Shown in pieces: positions 37,868 to 53,513 of a DNA stretch of 64,000 nucleotides. Under the pieces are notes generated by a model. The model did no database searches, was not told where the DNA came from, and saw only the letters and a program-made list of their open reading frames with translations. Origin of the DNA: Eledone cirrhosa (taxonomy: Eukaryota); assembly GCA_964016885.1 (NCBI GenBank), contig OZ024742.1, positions 19,468,001 through 19,532,000 on the forward strand, read 5' to 3'. A program made the translations under genes and the position numbers. Position 1 is the first letter of the stretch. Each line of letters begins with the position of its first letter.

Positions 37868-40800
37868 TCTTGAGACACATAAGGCATCCAAAATGCACCG
37901 ATAACCACGGTCAGTTATATCTATCAATACATCCCACGTCTTGAGACACATGAGGCAGCCAAAGTGCTCCAATGACCACCACGGTCAGTTATATCTATCA
38001 ATACATCCCACGCCTTGAGACACATGAGGCAGCCAAAGTGCTCCAATTACCACGGTCAGTTCCATCTATCAATACATCCCACGTCTTGAGACACACGAAG
38101 TTGCCAAAGTGCTGCAATGACCACCATGGTCAGTTACATCTATCAATACATCTCACGTCTTGAGACACATGAGGCAGCCAAAGTGCTCCAATGACCACCA
38201 TCGTCATCAATTACATATATCAATACATCCCACGTCTTGAGACACATGAGGCAGCCAAAGTGCTCCAATGACCACCAAGGTCAGTTACATCTATCAATAC
38301 ATCCCACGTCTTGAGACACAAGAGGCAGCCAAAGTGCTCCAATGACCACCATGGTCAGATACATCTATCAATACATCTCACGTCTTGAGACACATGGGGC
38401 AGCCAAAGTGCTCCAATGACCACGGTCAGTTACATCTATCAATACATCTCACGTCTTGAGACACATGAGGCAGCGAAAGTGCTCCAATGACCACGGTCAG
38501 TCACATCTATCAATACATCCCACGTCTTGAGACACATGAGGCAGCGAAAGTGCTCCAATGACCACGGTCAGTCACATATATCAATACATCTCACGTCTTG
38601 AGACACATGAGGCAGCGAAAGTGCTCCAATGACCACCATGGTCAGTTACATCTATCAATACATCTCACGTCTTGAGACACATGAGGCAGCCAAAGTGCTC
38701 CAATGACCACCATGGTCAGTTGCATCTATCAATACATCTCACGTCTTGAGACACATGAGTCAGCGAAAGTGCTCCAATGACCACCACGGTCAGTCACATC
38801 TATAAATACATCTCACGTCTTGAGACACATGAGGCAGCCAAAGTGCTCCAATGACCACTACGGTCAGTCACATCTATCAATACATCTTACGTCTTGAGAC
38901 ACATGAGGCAGCCAAGGTGCTCCAATGACCCCCATGGTCAGTTACATCTATCAATACATCTCACGCCTTGAGACACATGAGGCAGCCAAAGTGCTCCAAT
39001 GACGAGCATGGTCACTTACATCTATCAATACATCTCACGTCTTGAGACACATGAGGCAGCCAAAGTGCTCCAATGACCACTACGGTCAGTCACATCTATC
39101 AATACATCTCACGTCTTGAGACACATGAGGCAGCCAAAGTGCTCCAATGACCACGGTCAGTCACATCTATCAATACATCTCACGTCTTGAGACACATGAG
39201 CCAGCCTAAGTGCTCCAATGACCACGGTCAGTCACATCTATCAATACATCTCACGTCTTGAGACACATGAGGCAGCCAAAGTGCTCCAATGACCACATGG
39301 TCAGTTACATCTATCAATACATCTCACGCCTTGAGTCACATGAGGCAGCCAAAGTGCTCCAATGACCACTACGGTCAGTCACATCTATCAATACATCTCA
39401 CGTCTTGAGACACATGAGGCAGCCAAAGTGCTCCAATGACCACGGTCAATTACATCTATGAATACAACTCACGTCTTGAGACACATGAGGCAGCCAAAGT
39501 GCTCCAATGACCACTACGGTCAGTTACATCTATCAATACATCTCACGTCTTGAGACACATGAGGCAGCCAAAATGCTCCAATGACCACGGTCAGTTATAT
39601 CTAACAATACATCCCACGTCTTGAGACACATGAGGCAGCCAAAGTGCTCCAATGACCGCCATGGTCAGTTACATCTATCAATACATCCCATATCTTGAGA
39701 CACATGAGGCAGCCAAAGTGCTCCGATGACCACCATGGTCAGTTACATCTATCAATACATCCCACGTCTTGAGACACAGGAGGCAGCCAAAGTGCTCCAA
39801 TGACCACCATGGTCAGATACATCTATCAATACATCTCACGTCTTGAGACATGGGGCAGCCAAAGTGCTCCAATGACCACGGTCAGTTACATCTATCAATA
39901 CATCTCACGTCTTGAGACACATGAGGCAGCGAAAGTGCTCCAATGACCACGGTCAGTCACATCTATCAATACATCCCACGTCTTGAGACACATGAGGCAG
40001 CCAAAGTGCTCCAATGACCACCATGGTCAGTTGCATCTATCAATACATCTCACGTCTTGAGACTCATGAGGCAGCGAAAGTGCTCCAATGACCACCACGG
40101 TCAGTCACATCTATCAATACATCTCACGTCTTGAGACACATGAGGCAGCCAAAGTGCTCCAATGAGCACTACGGTCAGTCACATCTATCAATACATCTCA
40201 CGTCTTGAGACACATGAGGCAGCGAAAGTGCTCCAATGACCACGGTCAGTTACATCTATCAATACATCTCACGTCTTGAGACACATGAGGCAGCCAAAGT
40301 GCTCCAATGACCACTACGGTCAGTCACATCTATCAATACATCTCACGTCTTGAGACACATGAGTCAGCCAAAGTGCTCCAATGATCACGGTCAGTCACAT
40401 CTATCAATACATCTCACGTCTTGAGACACATGAGGCAGCCAAAGTTCTCCAATGACCACGGTCAGTCACATCTATCAATACATCTCACATCTTGAGACAC
40501 ATGAGGCAGCCAAAGTGCTCCAATGACCACCATGGTCAGTTACATCTATCAATACATCTCACGCCTTGAGTCACATGAGGCAGTCAAAGTGCTCCAATGA
40601 CCACCATGGTCAGTTACATCTATCAATACATCTCACGTCTTGAGACACATGAGGCAGCCAAAGTGCTCCAATGACCACTACGGTCAGTCACATCTATCAA
40701 TACATCTCACGTCTTGAGACACATGAGGCAGCCAAAGTGCTCCAATGACCACGGTCAATTACATCTATCAATACAACTCACGTCTTGAGACACATGAGGC

Positions 40801-43800
40801 AGCCAAAGTGCTCCAATGACCACTACGGTCAGTTACATCTATCAATACATCTCACGTCTTGAGACACATGAGGCAGCCAAAGTGCTCCAATGACCATGGT
40901 CAGTTACATCTATCAATACATCTCACGTCTTGAGACACATGAGGCAGCCAAAGTGCTCCAATGACCACGGTCAGTTATATCTAACAATACATCCCACGTC
41001 TGGAGACACATGAGGCAGCCAGAGTGCTCCAATGACCGCCATGGTCAGTTACATCTATCAATACATCTCACGTCTTGAGACACATGAGGCAGCCAAAGTG
41101 CTCCAATGATCACAGTCAGTTACATCTATCAATACATCCCATATCTTGAGACACATGAGGCAGCCAAAGTGCTCCAATGACCACCATGGTCAGTTATATC
41201 TATCAATACATCCCACGTCTTGAGACACATGAGGCAGCCAAAGTGCTCCAATGACCACAGTCAGTTACATCTATCAATACATCCCACGTCTTGAGACACA
41301 CGAAGTTGCCAAAGTGCTGCAATGACCACCATGGTCAGTTACATCTATCAATACATCTCACGTATTGAGACACATGAGGCAGCCAAAGTGCTCCAATGAC
41401 CACCATGGTCATCAATTACATATACCAATACATCCCACGTCTTGAGACACATGAGGCAGCCAAAGTTCTCCAATGACCACCATGGTCAATTACATATACC
41501 AATACATCCCACGTCTTGAGACACAAGAGGCAGCCAAAGTGCTCCAATGACCACCATGGTCAGTTACATCTATCAATACATTCCACGTCTTGAGACACAT
41601 GAGGCAGCCAAAGTGCTCCAATGACCACTACGGTCAGTTACATCTATCAATACATCTCACGTCTTGAGACACATGAGGCAGCCAAAGTGCTCCAATGACC
41701 ACCATGGTCAGTTACATCTATCAATACGTCCCACGTCTTGAGACACATGAGGCAGCCAAAGTGCTCCAATGACCACCATGGTCAGTCACATCTATCAATA
41801 CATCCCACGTCTTGAGACACACGAAGTTGCCAAAGTGCTGCAATGACCACCATGGTCATCAATTACATATATCAATACATCCCACGTCTTGAGACACATG
41901 AGGCAGCCAAAGTGCTCCAATGACCACCATGGTCAGTTACATCTATCAATACATCCCACGTCTTGAGACACATGAGGCAGCCAAAGTGCTCCAATGACCA
42001 CCATGGTCAGTTACATCTATCAATACATCTCACGTCTTGAGACACATGAGGCAGCCAAAGTGCTCCAATGACCACTACGGTCAGTTACATCTATCAATAC
42101 ATCTCACGTCTTGAGACACATGAGGCAGCCAAAGTGCTCCAATGATCACCATGGTCAGTTACATCTATCAATACATCCCACGTCTTGAGACACATGAGGC
42201 AGCCAAAGTGCTCCAATGACCACCATGGTCAGTTACATCTATCAATACATCCCACGTCTTGAGACACATGAGGCAGCCAAAGTGCTCCAATGACCACCAT
42301 GGTCAGTTACATCTATCAATACATCCCACGTCTTGAGACACATGAGGCAACCAAAGTGCTCCAATGACCACCATGGTCAGTTACATCTATCAATACATCC
42401 CACGTCTTGAGACACATGAGGCAGCCAAAGTGCTCCAATGACCACCATGGTCAGTTACATCTATCAATACATCCCACGTCTTGAGACACATGAAGCAGCC
42501 AAAGTGCTCCAATGACCACCATGGTCAGTTACATCTATCAATACATCCCACGTCTTGAGACACATGAGGCAGCCAAAGTGCTCCAATGACCACCATAGTC
42601 AGTTACATCTATCAATACATCCCACGTCTTGAGACACATGAGGTAGCCAAAGTGCTCCAATGACCACCAAGGTCAGTTACATCTATCAATACATCCCATG
42701 TCTTGAGACACAAGAGGCAGCCAAAGTGCTCCAATGACCACCATGGTCAGTTACATCTATCAATACATCTCACGTCTTGAGACACATGAGGCAGCCAAAG
42801 TGCTCCAATGACCACTACGGTCAGTCACATCTATCAATACATCTCACGTCTTGAGACACATGAGGCAGCCAAAGTGCTCCAATGACCACGGTCAGTCACA
42901 TCTATCAATACATCTAACGTCTTGAGACACATGAGGCAGCCAAAGTGCTCCTATGACCACCATGGTCAGTTACATCTATCAATACATCTCAGGCCTTGAG
43001 TCACATGAGGCAGCCAAAGTGCTCCAATGACCACCAGGGTCAGTTACATCTATCAATACATCTCACGTCTTGAGACACATGAGGCAGCCAAAGTGCTCCA
43101 ATGACCACGGTCAGTTACATCTATCAATACATCTCACGTCTTGAGACACATGAGGCAGCCAAAATGCTCCAATGACCACGGTCAGTTATATCTAACAATA
43201 CATCCCACGTCTTGAGACACATGGGGCTGCCAAAGTGCTCCAATGACCGCCATGGTCAGTTACATCTATCAATACATCTCACGTCTTGAGACACATGAGG
43301 CAGCCAAAGTGCTCCAATAACCATGGTCAGTTACATCTATCAATACATCTCACGTCTTTAGACACATGAGGAAGCCAAAGTGCTCCAATGACCACGGTCA
43401 GTTACATCTATCAATACATATCACGTCTTGAGACACATGAGGCAGCCAAAGTGCTCCAATGACCACAGTCAGTTACATCTATCAATACATCCCATATCTT
43501 GAGACACATGAGGCAGCCAAAGTGCTCCAATGACCACCATGGTCAGTTATATCTATCAATACATCCCACGTCTTGAGACACATGAGGCAGCCAAAGTGCT
43601 CCAATGACCACCATGGTCAGTTACATCTATCAATACATCTCACGTCTTGAGATACACGAAGTTGCCAAAGTGCTGCAATGACCACCATGGTCAGTTACAT
43701 CTATCAATACATCTCACGTCTTGAGACACATGAGGCAGCCAAAGTGCTCCAATGACCACCATGGTCAGTTACATCTATCAATACATCTCACGTCTTGAGA

Positions 43801-45444
43801 CACATGAGGCAGCCAAAGTGCTCCAATGACCACTACGGTCAGTTACATCTATCAATACATCTCACGTCTTGAGACACATGAGGCAGCCAAAGTGCTCCAA
43901 TGACCACCATGGTCAGTTACATCTATCAATACATCCCACGTCTTGAGACACATGAGGCAGCCAAAGTGCTCCAATGACCACTACGGTCAGTTACATCTAT
44001 CAATACATCTCACGTCTTGAGACACATGAGGCAGCCAAAGTGCTCCAATGACCACCATGGTCAGTTACATCTATCAATACATCCCACGTCTTGAGACACA
44101 TGAGGCAGCCAAAGTGCTCCAATGACCACCATGGTCAGTTACATCTATCAATACATCTCACGTCTTGAGACACATGAGGCAGCCAAAGTGCTCCAATGAC
44201 CACCATGGTCAGTTACATCTATCAATACATCCCACGTCTTGAGACACATGAGGCAGCCAAAGTGCTCCAATGACGACGGTCAGTCACATCTATCAATACA
44301 TCCCATGTCTTGAGACACATGAGGCAGCCAAAGTGCTCCAATGACCACCGTCAGTTACATCTATCAATACATCCCACGTCTTGAGACACATGAGGCAGCC
44401 AAAGTGCTCCAATGACCACCATGGTCAGTTACATCTATCAATACATCCCATGTCTTGAGACACATGAGGCAGCCAAAGTGCTCCAATGACGACGGTCAGT
44501 CACATCTATCAATACATCCCATGTCTTGAGACACATGAGGCAGCCAAAGTGCTCCAATGACCACCGTCAGTTACATCTATCAATACATCCCACGTCTTGA
44601 GACACATGAGGCAGCCAAAGTGCTCCAATGACCACCGTCAGTTACATCTATCAATACATCCCATATCTTGAGACACATGAGGCAGCCAAAGTGCTCCAAT
44701 GACCACGGTCAGTTACATCTATCAATACACCCCACGTCTTGAGACACATGAGGCAGCCAAAGTGCTCCAATGACCACAGTCAGTTACATCTATCAATACA
44801 TCTCACGTCTTGAGACACATGAGGCAGCCAAAGTGCTCCAATGACGACGGTCAGTCACATCTATCAATACATCCCACGTCTTGAGACACATGAGGCAGCC
44901 AAAGTGCTCCAATGACCACCATGGTCAGTTACATCTATCAATACATCCCACGTCTTGAGACACATGAGGCAGCCAAAGTGCTCCAATGACCACCGTCAGT
45001 TACATCTATCAATACATCCCATATCTTGAGACACATGAGGCAGCCAAAGTGCTCCAATGACCACCGTCAGTTACATCTATCAATACATCCCATGTCTTGA
45101 GACACATGAGGCAGCCAAAGTGCTCCAATGACCACGGTCAGTTACATCTATCAATACACCCCACGTCTTGAGACACATGAGGCAGCCAAAGTGCTCCAAT
45201 GACCACGGTCAGTTATATCTATCAATACACCCCACGTCTTGAGACACATGAGGCAGCCAAAGTGCTCCAATGACCATGGTCAGTTACATCTATCAATACA
45301 TCTCACGTCTTGAGACACATGAGGCAGCCAAAGTGCTCCAATGACCACGGTCAGTTACATCTATCAATACATCTCACGTCTTGAGACACATGAGGCAGCC
45401 AAAGTGCTCCAATGACCACCGTCAGTTACATATATCAATACATC
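37868..45444. repeat. 71-74 bp satellite, about 100 copies, 7.6 kb
   Basis: Unit gagacacatgaggcagccaaagtgctccaatgaccaccatggtcagttacatctatcaatacatctcacgtctt with small indel variants. Confidence 0.97.
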
Positions 45445-45706
45445 GTTCCTACTTTTGTTGACAGGTGTACTATCTCTATCGATTGTCTGACGCCAGTTCA
45501 TCTTGGGACGTCCTCTTGGCCTGTTTCCATAGGGGCACCAATACAAGACTTGATTAGTATGTCTCTTACTCAGGAGTCATGTGGCGTGTCCCAAACATCC
45601 AAGTCGACGCTTGCACAGGATGTTAGACATTGCTAACGGACTTCTTTTTCTGGTGATGAAGTCATCCTAAATGATGCCAAGGATATTGCGTAGGCATTTG
45701 GTATCA
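45444..45706 (-). mobile_element. Degenerate RTE LINE C-terminal region running into the satellite
   Basis: Minus frames TKCLRNILGI, RRLGCLGHA, LYWCPYGNRPRGRPKMNWRQTIDRD. Confidence 0.8.
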
Positions 45707-45870
45707 TTACTCTCCCAGTAATAATTCCTCAGTCCAACAAACCGTTAATAGGCACCACGACTTCTCTCTTGTCGACATACATTCCATTCCATCAAGTCGG
45801 ACTGACGTGCGAAATACGAGTATTCGACAGATGAAAATGTTTTGAATTCAATCTAATTTTGAGTGTATGA

Positions 45871-45909
<39 letters not shown>

Positions 45910-45913
45910 CGTT

Positions 45914-46006
<93 letters not shown>

Positions 46007-46142
46007 AAGAGGGTGTGGTAAGATACCAGGTGGACCATAACGCACCAGAGTACTTAATACACTTCTCCTATGTGTGTGTGTATGTATGTATATATATGTG
46101 TGTGTGTATGTACATATATATGTGTGTGTGTCTATATATATA

Positions 46143-46206
<64 letters not shown>

Positions 46207-46518
46207 GGGGTGGGGGTAGGATCCCCCAGGCTTAAAAATGCACAAGAAACGCCGTATGTCAATACGGCGCCCCTACAACTCTATCAGGAGTTACGAGAGC
46301 ATACAGTTAAAAATTAACAGTGACTTTGAAGTTTCAGTGACGAAACTGAAACTTCGAAGTTACTGCCACTTTTCTACTTAGAAAATAATTTATTACACTC
46401 TGCCCACCAGTATTAAATGTTCATTCAGTTACCGTTTGAATGTTTAACATACTACGTTGTTTAAAAACACACACACGCATGTGTGTGTATATATGTATAT
46501 ATATATATATATATTTAC

Positions 46519-46589
<71 letters not shown>

Positions 46590-46739
46590 CATATGTGTAT
46601 ATATATATATATTCATACATATATACAGATATGTATACATGTATATACATATATTGTTATACTTTGGGAGGGTCATGTTGCCAATAAGAAACACACGATT
46701 TCAGATAAAGAATCTTGCTAAACAAATTCAGAAAACGAA

Positions 46740-46818
<79 letters not shown>

Positions 46819-46822
46819 CATC

Positions 46823-46856
<34 letters not shown>

Positions 46857-46860
<4 letters not shown>

Positions 46861-47063
46861 AACGAGTAGGACCCCGACGGCTGAGCTCAAGCCGTTTCGA
46901 CGGCTAATTCTTGACTGAAATATTTTAGTCCAGAATTAGCCGTCGAAACGGCTTGAGCTCAGCCGTCGGGGTCCTACTCGTTCCTATTACCCACTCTACT
47001 ACCCTAAGTATTGAGTACTTTGGTGCGTTATGGTCCACCTGGTTCCTTACCACATTTCCTCCG

Positions 47064-47066
<3 letters not shown>
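46857..47066 (+). mobile_element. Family H element with near-perfect 5' inversion, between TA arrays
   Basis: About 55-bp inverted arms (46857-46910 / 46932-46987), then the shared body. Confidence 0.75.
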
Positions 47067-48209
<1,143 letters not shown>

Positions 48210-51200
48210 ATCTATCTATCTAAGGCGGGTAAAATTCCCGAGATCCATGGACGAGTTCTCTCCAGCGGTCTCTGTCCCTCATTATCGCTGCCATATCCTG
48301 CATCTCCAACAGACCAGTGTCTGTCCTTAGGGCATCAACATATGTTAACCTTGGTCTTCCTCTTCTAGTGTGTCCATGTAGGGGCTCCCAAAGGAGTACT
48401 GAGTGCAATGTCAACTCTGGATGTCGGTGAGCATGTCCAGCCAACCTCAGTCTCTTCTGTGTCACTTTTGAGCTGACTTTTGGGATGCTCCCATACAGCT
48501 CTGAGTTTTTCATCCTCAGTGTATACTGATTAATGTTCAGAGCCATCCTCAGCATTCTCGTGTAGCACCCATCCACCATCTGAGTGAGTCTCTTGGTCAG
48601 TGTCCAAGTCTCAGACCCATACAGCAGCACAGACTCCACTACAGCAATGAAGAGGCGGATTTTCAGGTCTCTACGAAGGTCCGACTTCCACACCGATCTC
48701 AAGCTGTAACACGCCGCCCAGGCCTTGCTCTTCCTCTCAACCACATCATGTTCCGTATTCCCAATTTTTGCTCCCAAATACAGGAAGTCCTCAACCAATT
48801 CCAGCGGCTTCCCGCCTACATTGGTGATCCCCTCTGGCTTCTCAACATTCTCTACCAGATGTTTTGTTTTAGTCTCATTCATTCTCAGCCCCACACTCAT
48901 CGACACAGTCTCAACCTCCCGCATCAAATCCTCTGCCTCCTTCACTGTATTTGTCACCAAAACTATGTCGTCGGCAAATTCAGCATCCGATACCTTTTTC
49001 GCCCCAACTCTCCTGCTCTGAGCCGGTGCTACAGTAAAGCCAGTGTCCTGGTGTTTCTCCAGTGCAAGGCGCATACAATAGTCCACTACGATGATAAAAA
49101 GGTAGGGAGCCAATGTATCTCCCTGGAGCACTCCAGCCAGTATCTCAAAGAACTCTGTCATCCCATCAGGTGTAATGACTTGGGCTTTGGTGTTGGTGTA
49201 GAGCAGTGATATCAGGTCCACTATCCTCTTAAGGATTCCATAAGCCTGTAAGATCTTCATCAGGCAGTAACGGTCCACAGAATCAAAGGCCTTCCTAAAG
49301 TCAATGAAAACCATGACCGCAGGAAGGCACTTTGCTCTAGCTCCCTCTAATATCCTCCTCAGCATCAGGATGTGACTGGTGGTTGATCTACCCTCTCTGA
49401 AGCCGTTCTGGTTGTCCCTGAGCTTCTTCTCCATCTCAGGCTGGATCCTGTTAAGAATCATCCTGTTGAGGGTCTTTGCCACAAGTGACATCAGTGAGAT
49501 CCCCCGGTAGTTGTTGGTGTTAGAGAGATCTCCCTTCTTTGGCACTGGGACGATGTTACTGATCCTCCACTGATTCGGGGCAACTCCTTTCTCCAGTGCC
49601 CCGTTACAGAACCCCAGGATGATATCATCAAAATCACACCTCTTCATCACCTCTGATGCCACTCCATCTTCTCCATGAGCCTTGCCCTCCTTGATCTTCT
49701 TCTTGGCTCTCTGAAGCTCCTCTCTGGTGAAGGGCTCTGTCTCAACATCCAGTTCCTCAAACAGCCGCCTGATCTCCCCAGTGCTCCGGGCTGTGGAGGG
49801 TGGCTCTCCTAGTAGGGTCCTAAAATGGTCTAGCCATTTCCTCTTCCTATCCTCTGGCCCCGTTCCCTGGATCTGACTCGAACACCTTTTCTTCCTCCCT
49901 GTGATCTCGTTGATGATCATCCAGCTCTCCTTACATCCAGATCTGTCAACCGCTCTCTCCACACTTCTGATCTTCTCTATCAGTGCCTCCTCTCTGACCT
50001 CAGTGTAAGCGGTACAGAGCTCTTCCCTCATCACCTCCACAGTCTCCATCCTCTCCTCCGTAGGATCAGCATAGAATTGGTCCCTGGCAGCTTTCAGGTG
50101 TTCTCTGGCTGCACACACTTTTGGGTTTGCAGAGCTGACGTACTTCCCTTTGTTCTTTTTCCTCGGCACCAGGGTTTCACTTGCTTTCGCCACTGCATTG
50201 GTGAAGTGCCCGTACCTCCTCGTCACACTCTCCTCAGTCCATCCAATCTCTCTCTCCTCTGACTCTCCACACAGAACACTAAACCTGTTTCTCACTTCCA
50301 CTGTGAACCTCTCCTGTAGCTTATCATCTTCCTTGAAAGCTCCCCAGTCATAGATTGTTCTCCGGGGCTGAGCCTTGCTCTTTCTTAAGCTCACGCGGAC
50401 CTCACTGATAACAAGCCGGTGGTCACTACCCAGTGTACTGAAATAGCTGTATGGTTCCGTGTTCAGAACACTATTCCGCCACTTTTTCCTCACCAGAATG
50501 AAATCAATCTGGGACTTGGACAGGTGCATATCTGAGATGTAGGTCCACATCTTCCCCAGATTCTTCCTAAACCTTAGGTTGGTCGCCATCAAGTTCGCCT
50601 CCAGCAGGGTGTCTCTCAGTAGTCTTCCATTTCGGTTGGTGTTGTTATGGAAGTACCAGCAAGGATCTTCACTGCCCTCCTTACTCAGATGTGCATTGAA
50701 GTCCCCCAAAACAAGCAGGATATTGTGTGCCTGAGTGGTGTTGACAGCTCTACACACCTCCTCATGGAACTCCTCGGCATTCACATCACTGTCCCCCTCG
50801 CTTGGACTATAGGCTGAGATGACTGTCAGTCTTGGGTTTCCATTGAAGGTCACCCTCAACACTCGCGGGGAGATAGGCATTATTTCCCTCACCAACAGAT
50901 TGGTTTTTGCACTGAACACAAAACCCACTCCTCCTACTGCAGCATTTGTTGTGTTCTTCACTGCCGATGTAGTGATGAGCTGGCTCTTCCTCCCGATCAT
51001 CACACTCCTCACGGGCTCATCGTGTAGAATCCTGTGTTCTTGGATCGCAAGTATCTGTATACCACTCTCCTCGAACAGATGTCCCAACTCCTCTCTCTTC
51101 TCCAGCGTTCGAATAGTCCTCACATTCAAAGTGCCCATTTTGATGGCTCTTCTGCAGGACAAAACTGCATTCTTTATATTTGTCTCAGAGACAGCTGATC

Positions 51201-51526
51201 CATCATCCACTGGCCCTCTCTGTGGCTCTAAGCCAGCAGAGTCATAACGACCAGGCTGCTCCTTGACAGTGTAATTAGGGGCTCTAACCCTAGTGCTGTT
51301 AGATCGACTCTCCATATTTCTTTTCAATGGCTGACAATACCTTACCGGCGCCACTCGAATAAGGTAGTTATTTAACCCATAAATGGAGCCTTAACAGGTA
51401 CTACCACCCCGGGCCAGGGCAGACCTGGGAGTCATGACAACTAAGGGGTAACTCCACATTCCCCACATCTCCTGAACTCCCGAACTGGAGCCTTGCCACT
51501 GGCTGTAGTTTAATGTCATACCCAGG

Positions 51527-51529
<3 letters not shown>
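48210..51529 (-). mobile_element. Full-length single-ORF RTE-group LINE inserted in (TA)n
   Basis: About 175-nt 5' UTR, uninterrupted APE-RT ORF, stop directly followed by (gata)n; TA arrays both sides. Confidence 0.93.
48220..51354 (-). CDS. AP endonuclease-reverse transcriptase polyprotein (1044 aa from GTG; first ATG 13 codons later)
   Basis: [33 protein letters not shown]; [44 protein letters not shown]. Confidence 0.93.
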   Translation of the reverse strand: MAPVRYCQPLKRNMESRSNSTRVRAPNYTVKEQPGRYDSAGLEPQRGPVDDGSAVSETNIKNAVLSCRRAIKMGTLNVRTIRTLEKREELGHLFEESGIQILAIQEHRILHDEPVRSVMIGRKSQLITTSAVKNTTNAAVGGVGFVFSAKTNLLVREIMPISPRVLRVTFNGNPRLTVISAYSPSEGDSDVNAEEFHEEVCRAVNTTQAHNILLVLGDFNAHLSKEGSEDPCWYFHNNTNRNGRLLRDTLLEANLMATNLRFRKNLGKMWTYISDMHLSKSQIDFILVRKKWRNSVLNTEPYSYFSTLGSDHRLVISEVRVSLRKSKAQPRRTIYDWGAFKEDDKLQERFTVEVRNRFSVLCGESEEREIGWTEESVTRRYGHFTNAVAKASETLVPRKKNKGKYVSSANPKVCAAREHLKAARDQFYADPTEERMETVEVMREELCTAYTEVREEALIEKIRSVERAVDRSGCKESWMIINEITGRKKRCSSQIQGTGPEDRKRKWLDHFRTLLGEPPSTARSTGEIRRLFEELDVETEPFTREELQRAKKKIKEGKAHGEDGVASEVMKRCDFDDIILGFCNGALEKGVAPNQWRISNIVPVPKKGDLSNTNNYRGISLMSLVAKTLNRMILNRIQPEMEKKLRDNQNGFREGRSTTSHILMLRRILEGARAKCLPAVMVFIDFRKAFDSVDRYCLMKILQAYGILKRIVDLISLLYTNTKAQVITPDGMTEFFEILAGVLQGDTLAPYLFIIVVDYCMRLALEKHQDTGFTVAPAQSRRVGAKKVSDAEFADDIVLVTNTVKEAEDLMREVETVSMSVGLRMNETKTKHLVENVEKPEGITNVGGKPLELVEDFLYLGAKIGNTEHDVVERKSKAWAACYSLRSVWKSDLRRDLKIRLFIAVVESVLLYGSETWTLTKRLTQMVDGCYTRMLRMALNINQYTLRMKNSELYGSIPKVSSKVTQKRLRLAGHAHRHPELTLHSVLLWEPLHGHTRRGRPRLTYVDALRTDTGLLEMQDMAAIMRDRDRWRELVHGSREFYPP

Positions 51530-51615
<86 letters not shown>

Positions 51616-51638
51616 CATATATATATACATATATATAC

Positions 51639-51670
<32 letters not shown>

Positions 51671-51678
51671 CTATATAC

Positions 51679-51891
<213 letters not shown>

Positions 51892-51892
51892 C

Positions 51893-51982
<90 letters not shown>

Positions 51983-52020
51983 GAAATATAATAATCAAAG
52001 AACTGTTCAAAACATTATTG

Positions 52021-52067
52021 TGCTTACAGCTGTTTCCTCCACACCGAGGTTTGGATTCTTCGGAGCA
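52021..52067 (-). ncRNA. Minimal hammerhead ribozyme (core variant CCGAAGA)
   Basis: Minus strand TGCT-CCGAAGA-A-TCCA..TGGA-G-GAAAC-AGCT-GTA-AGCA: stems I and II, palindromic stem III, GUA cleavage triplet. Confidence 0.7.
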
Positions 52068-53513
52068 ATTTATTAATGCATGGACAGTTATATGACCTCC
52101 TTTTCAGCCGAGAGACATACCAAAACATATTCAAACATTGATACATATTCAAACATTGTGGGTCAACATTCATTACAGAATTTAGAGTGGCAGTACACAC
52201 TTCGAGATTACATTTATATTAATAGGTACAATCAAAAATCAAAGATATAGGTTAAAGTGCAACATGAAGATAAGTGGTTATATAGTGCAAATGTTATATG
52301 TGTGGCACGCATGTGCGTCTTGTTTATATAGTGTGGCAGAGAGATATGTGTGGTAGAGGCACTTAGGTAGGTAAATAAGAGTGTTAGGTTGGCAGATCTG
52401 GTGGCAAATTCTTTATATGATTGATATAGTCTGTGTGTGGAGAAATATTATAAGCATTAAAGATAGTGCAAGCATTAAAAGTGTTATAAGTATTGGAGAT
52501 GCACAGCGCAGGGATGTCAAGTATTTCATGTACTTCGGCATTTTCATGGTCAGGGGAGTGTATATTTTGATTATATGCCCTTCACATAATCCACGACAAT
52601 CCAGTTAGAGATCGTAGTCTGGTGTTCTTTAGCTCGATACAGGAGGCTGCTACGTTTCGAGAGACGCCATTGAATACCGCCCGGAAGTGTGTGTGTGGCT
52701 AAGGGGAGTTAATGCATGCGGGGAGGTAACTCTGGGGTTTCTATATCTAGCCAATAAAAAGTGTGTCCCAATATAGACCCTAAATTCTATGGTGAAGCGC
52801 ATCTTCCAAGAGAGACTTTTAAAGCATAAAGTGTATTAACTACAGAGTAGTTTAACTAAGTTATGCTGAAGGTGATCATATTATTATGGTGGATTAACCC
52901 ATCTTAAGGTGCTACAAATGGAAATTATAGATGATGAGCGAGGATTCTAAATTAATGATCTCTGTGGTTGTAGTCTGCTCATATGACCAGGCGCGGTGAT
53001 TGCAGGATTGCTTCAGGACCCAATGATCTCTGGTAAGATCTGGGTCATCGCTTGCTACATTGGATGTCGAAAGATAATCATCCCCAGGCAGGCCAAAGGT
53101 CAATCCGCAGTCCTCGCGACCCCTCTCTGACCGTCAGATCATCCATATACGTACAACCCGCACAGCAGTTGCAATGCATTCACTCACTGCGCTCAGCAGC
53201 CCGGTCCTACTGGTCAACAGCGCTACTCGATTAAATCATTTTACATCTGTCTAAGGAAGGTGTTTCCTCTGCCCAACACTATCCAACCGATCAATTCATG
53301 CTCGAATTACCCTTAGAGCGATGTAGTGCCGCTCAAGTGGGTGGATGTTGTCACACCTGCCGTAGAGGCATAAATGGGTATTTTCCCTGCGAAGGGTTCC
53401 AGAGGGATGTCGTTGTTTGTGTTATAATGGATCAGCTAGTGTTGGGTATGTAGTGTAGGGTGTGTCTCTGGTGTTTGATGCTAGATGTGGTGTTAGGTTC
53501 CAGTCCGACATTG

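Noticed and set aside
37868-45444. CRISPR-like array
   Set aside because: Head-to-tail monomers with no unique spacers, no cas genes, eukaryotic context.
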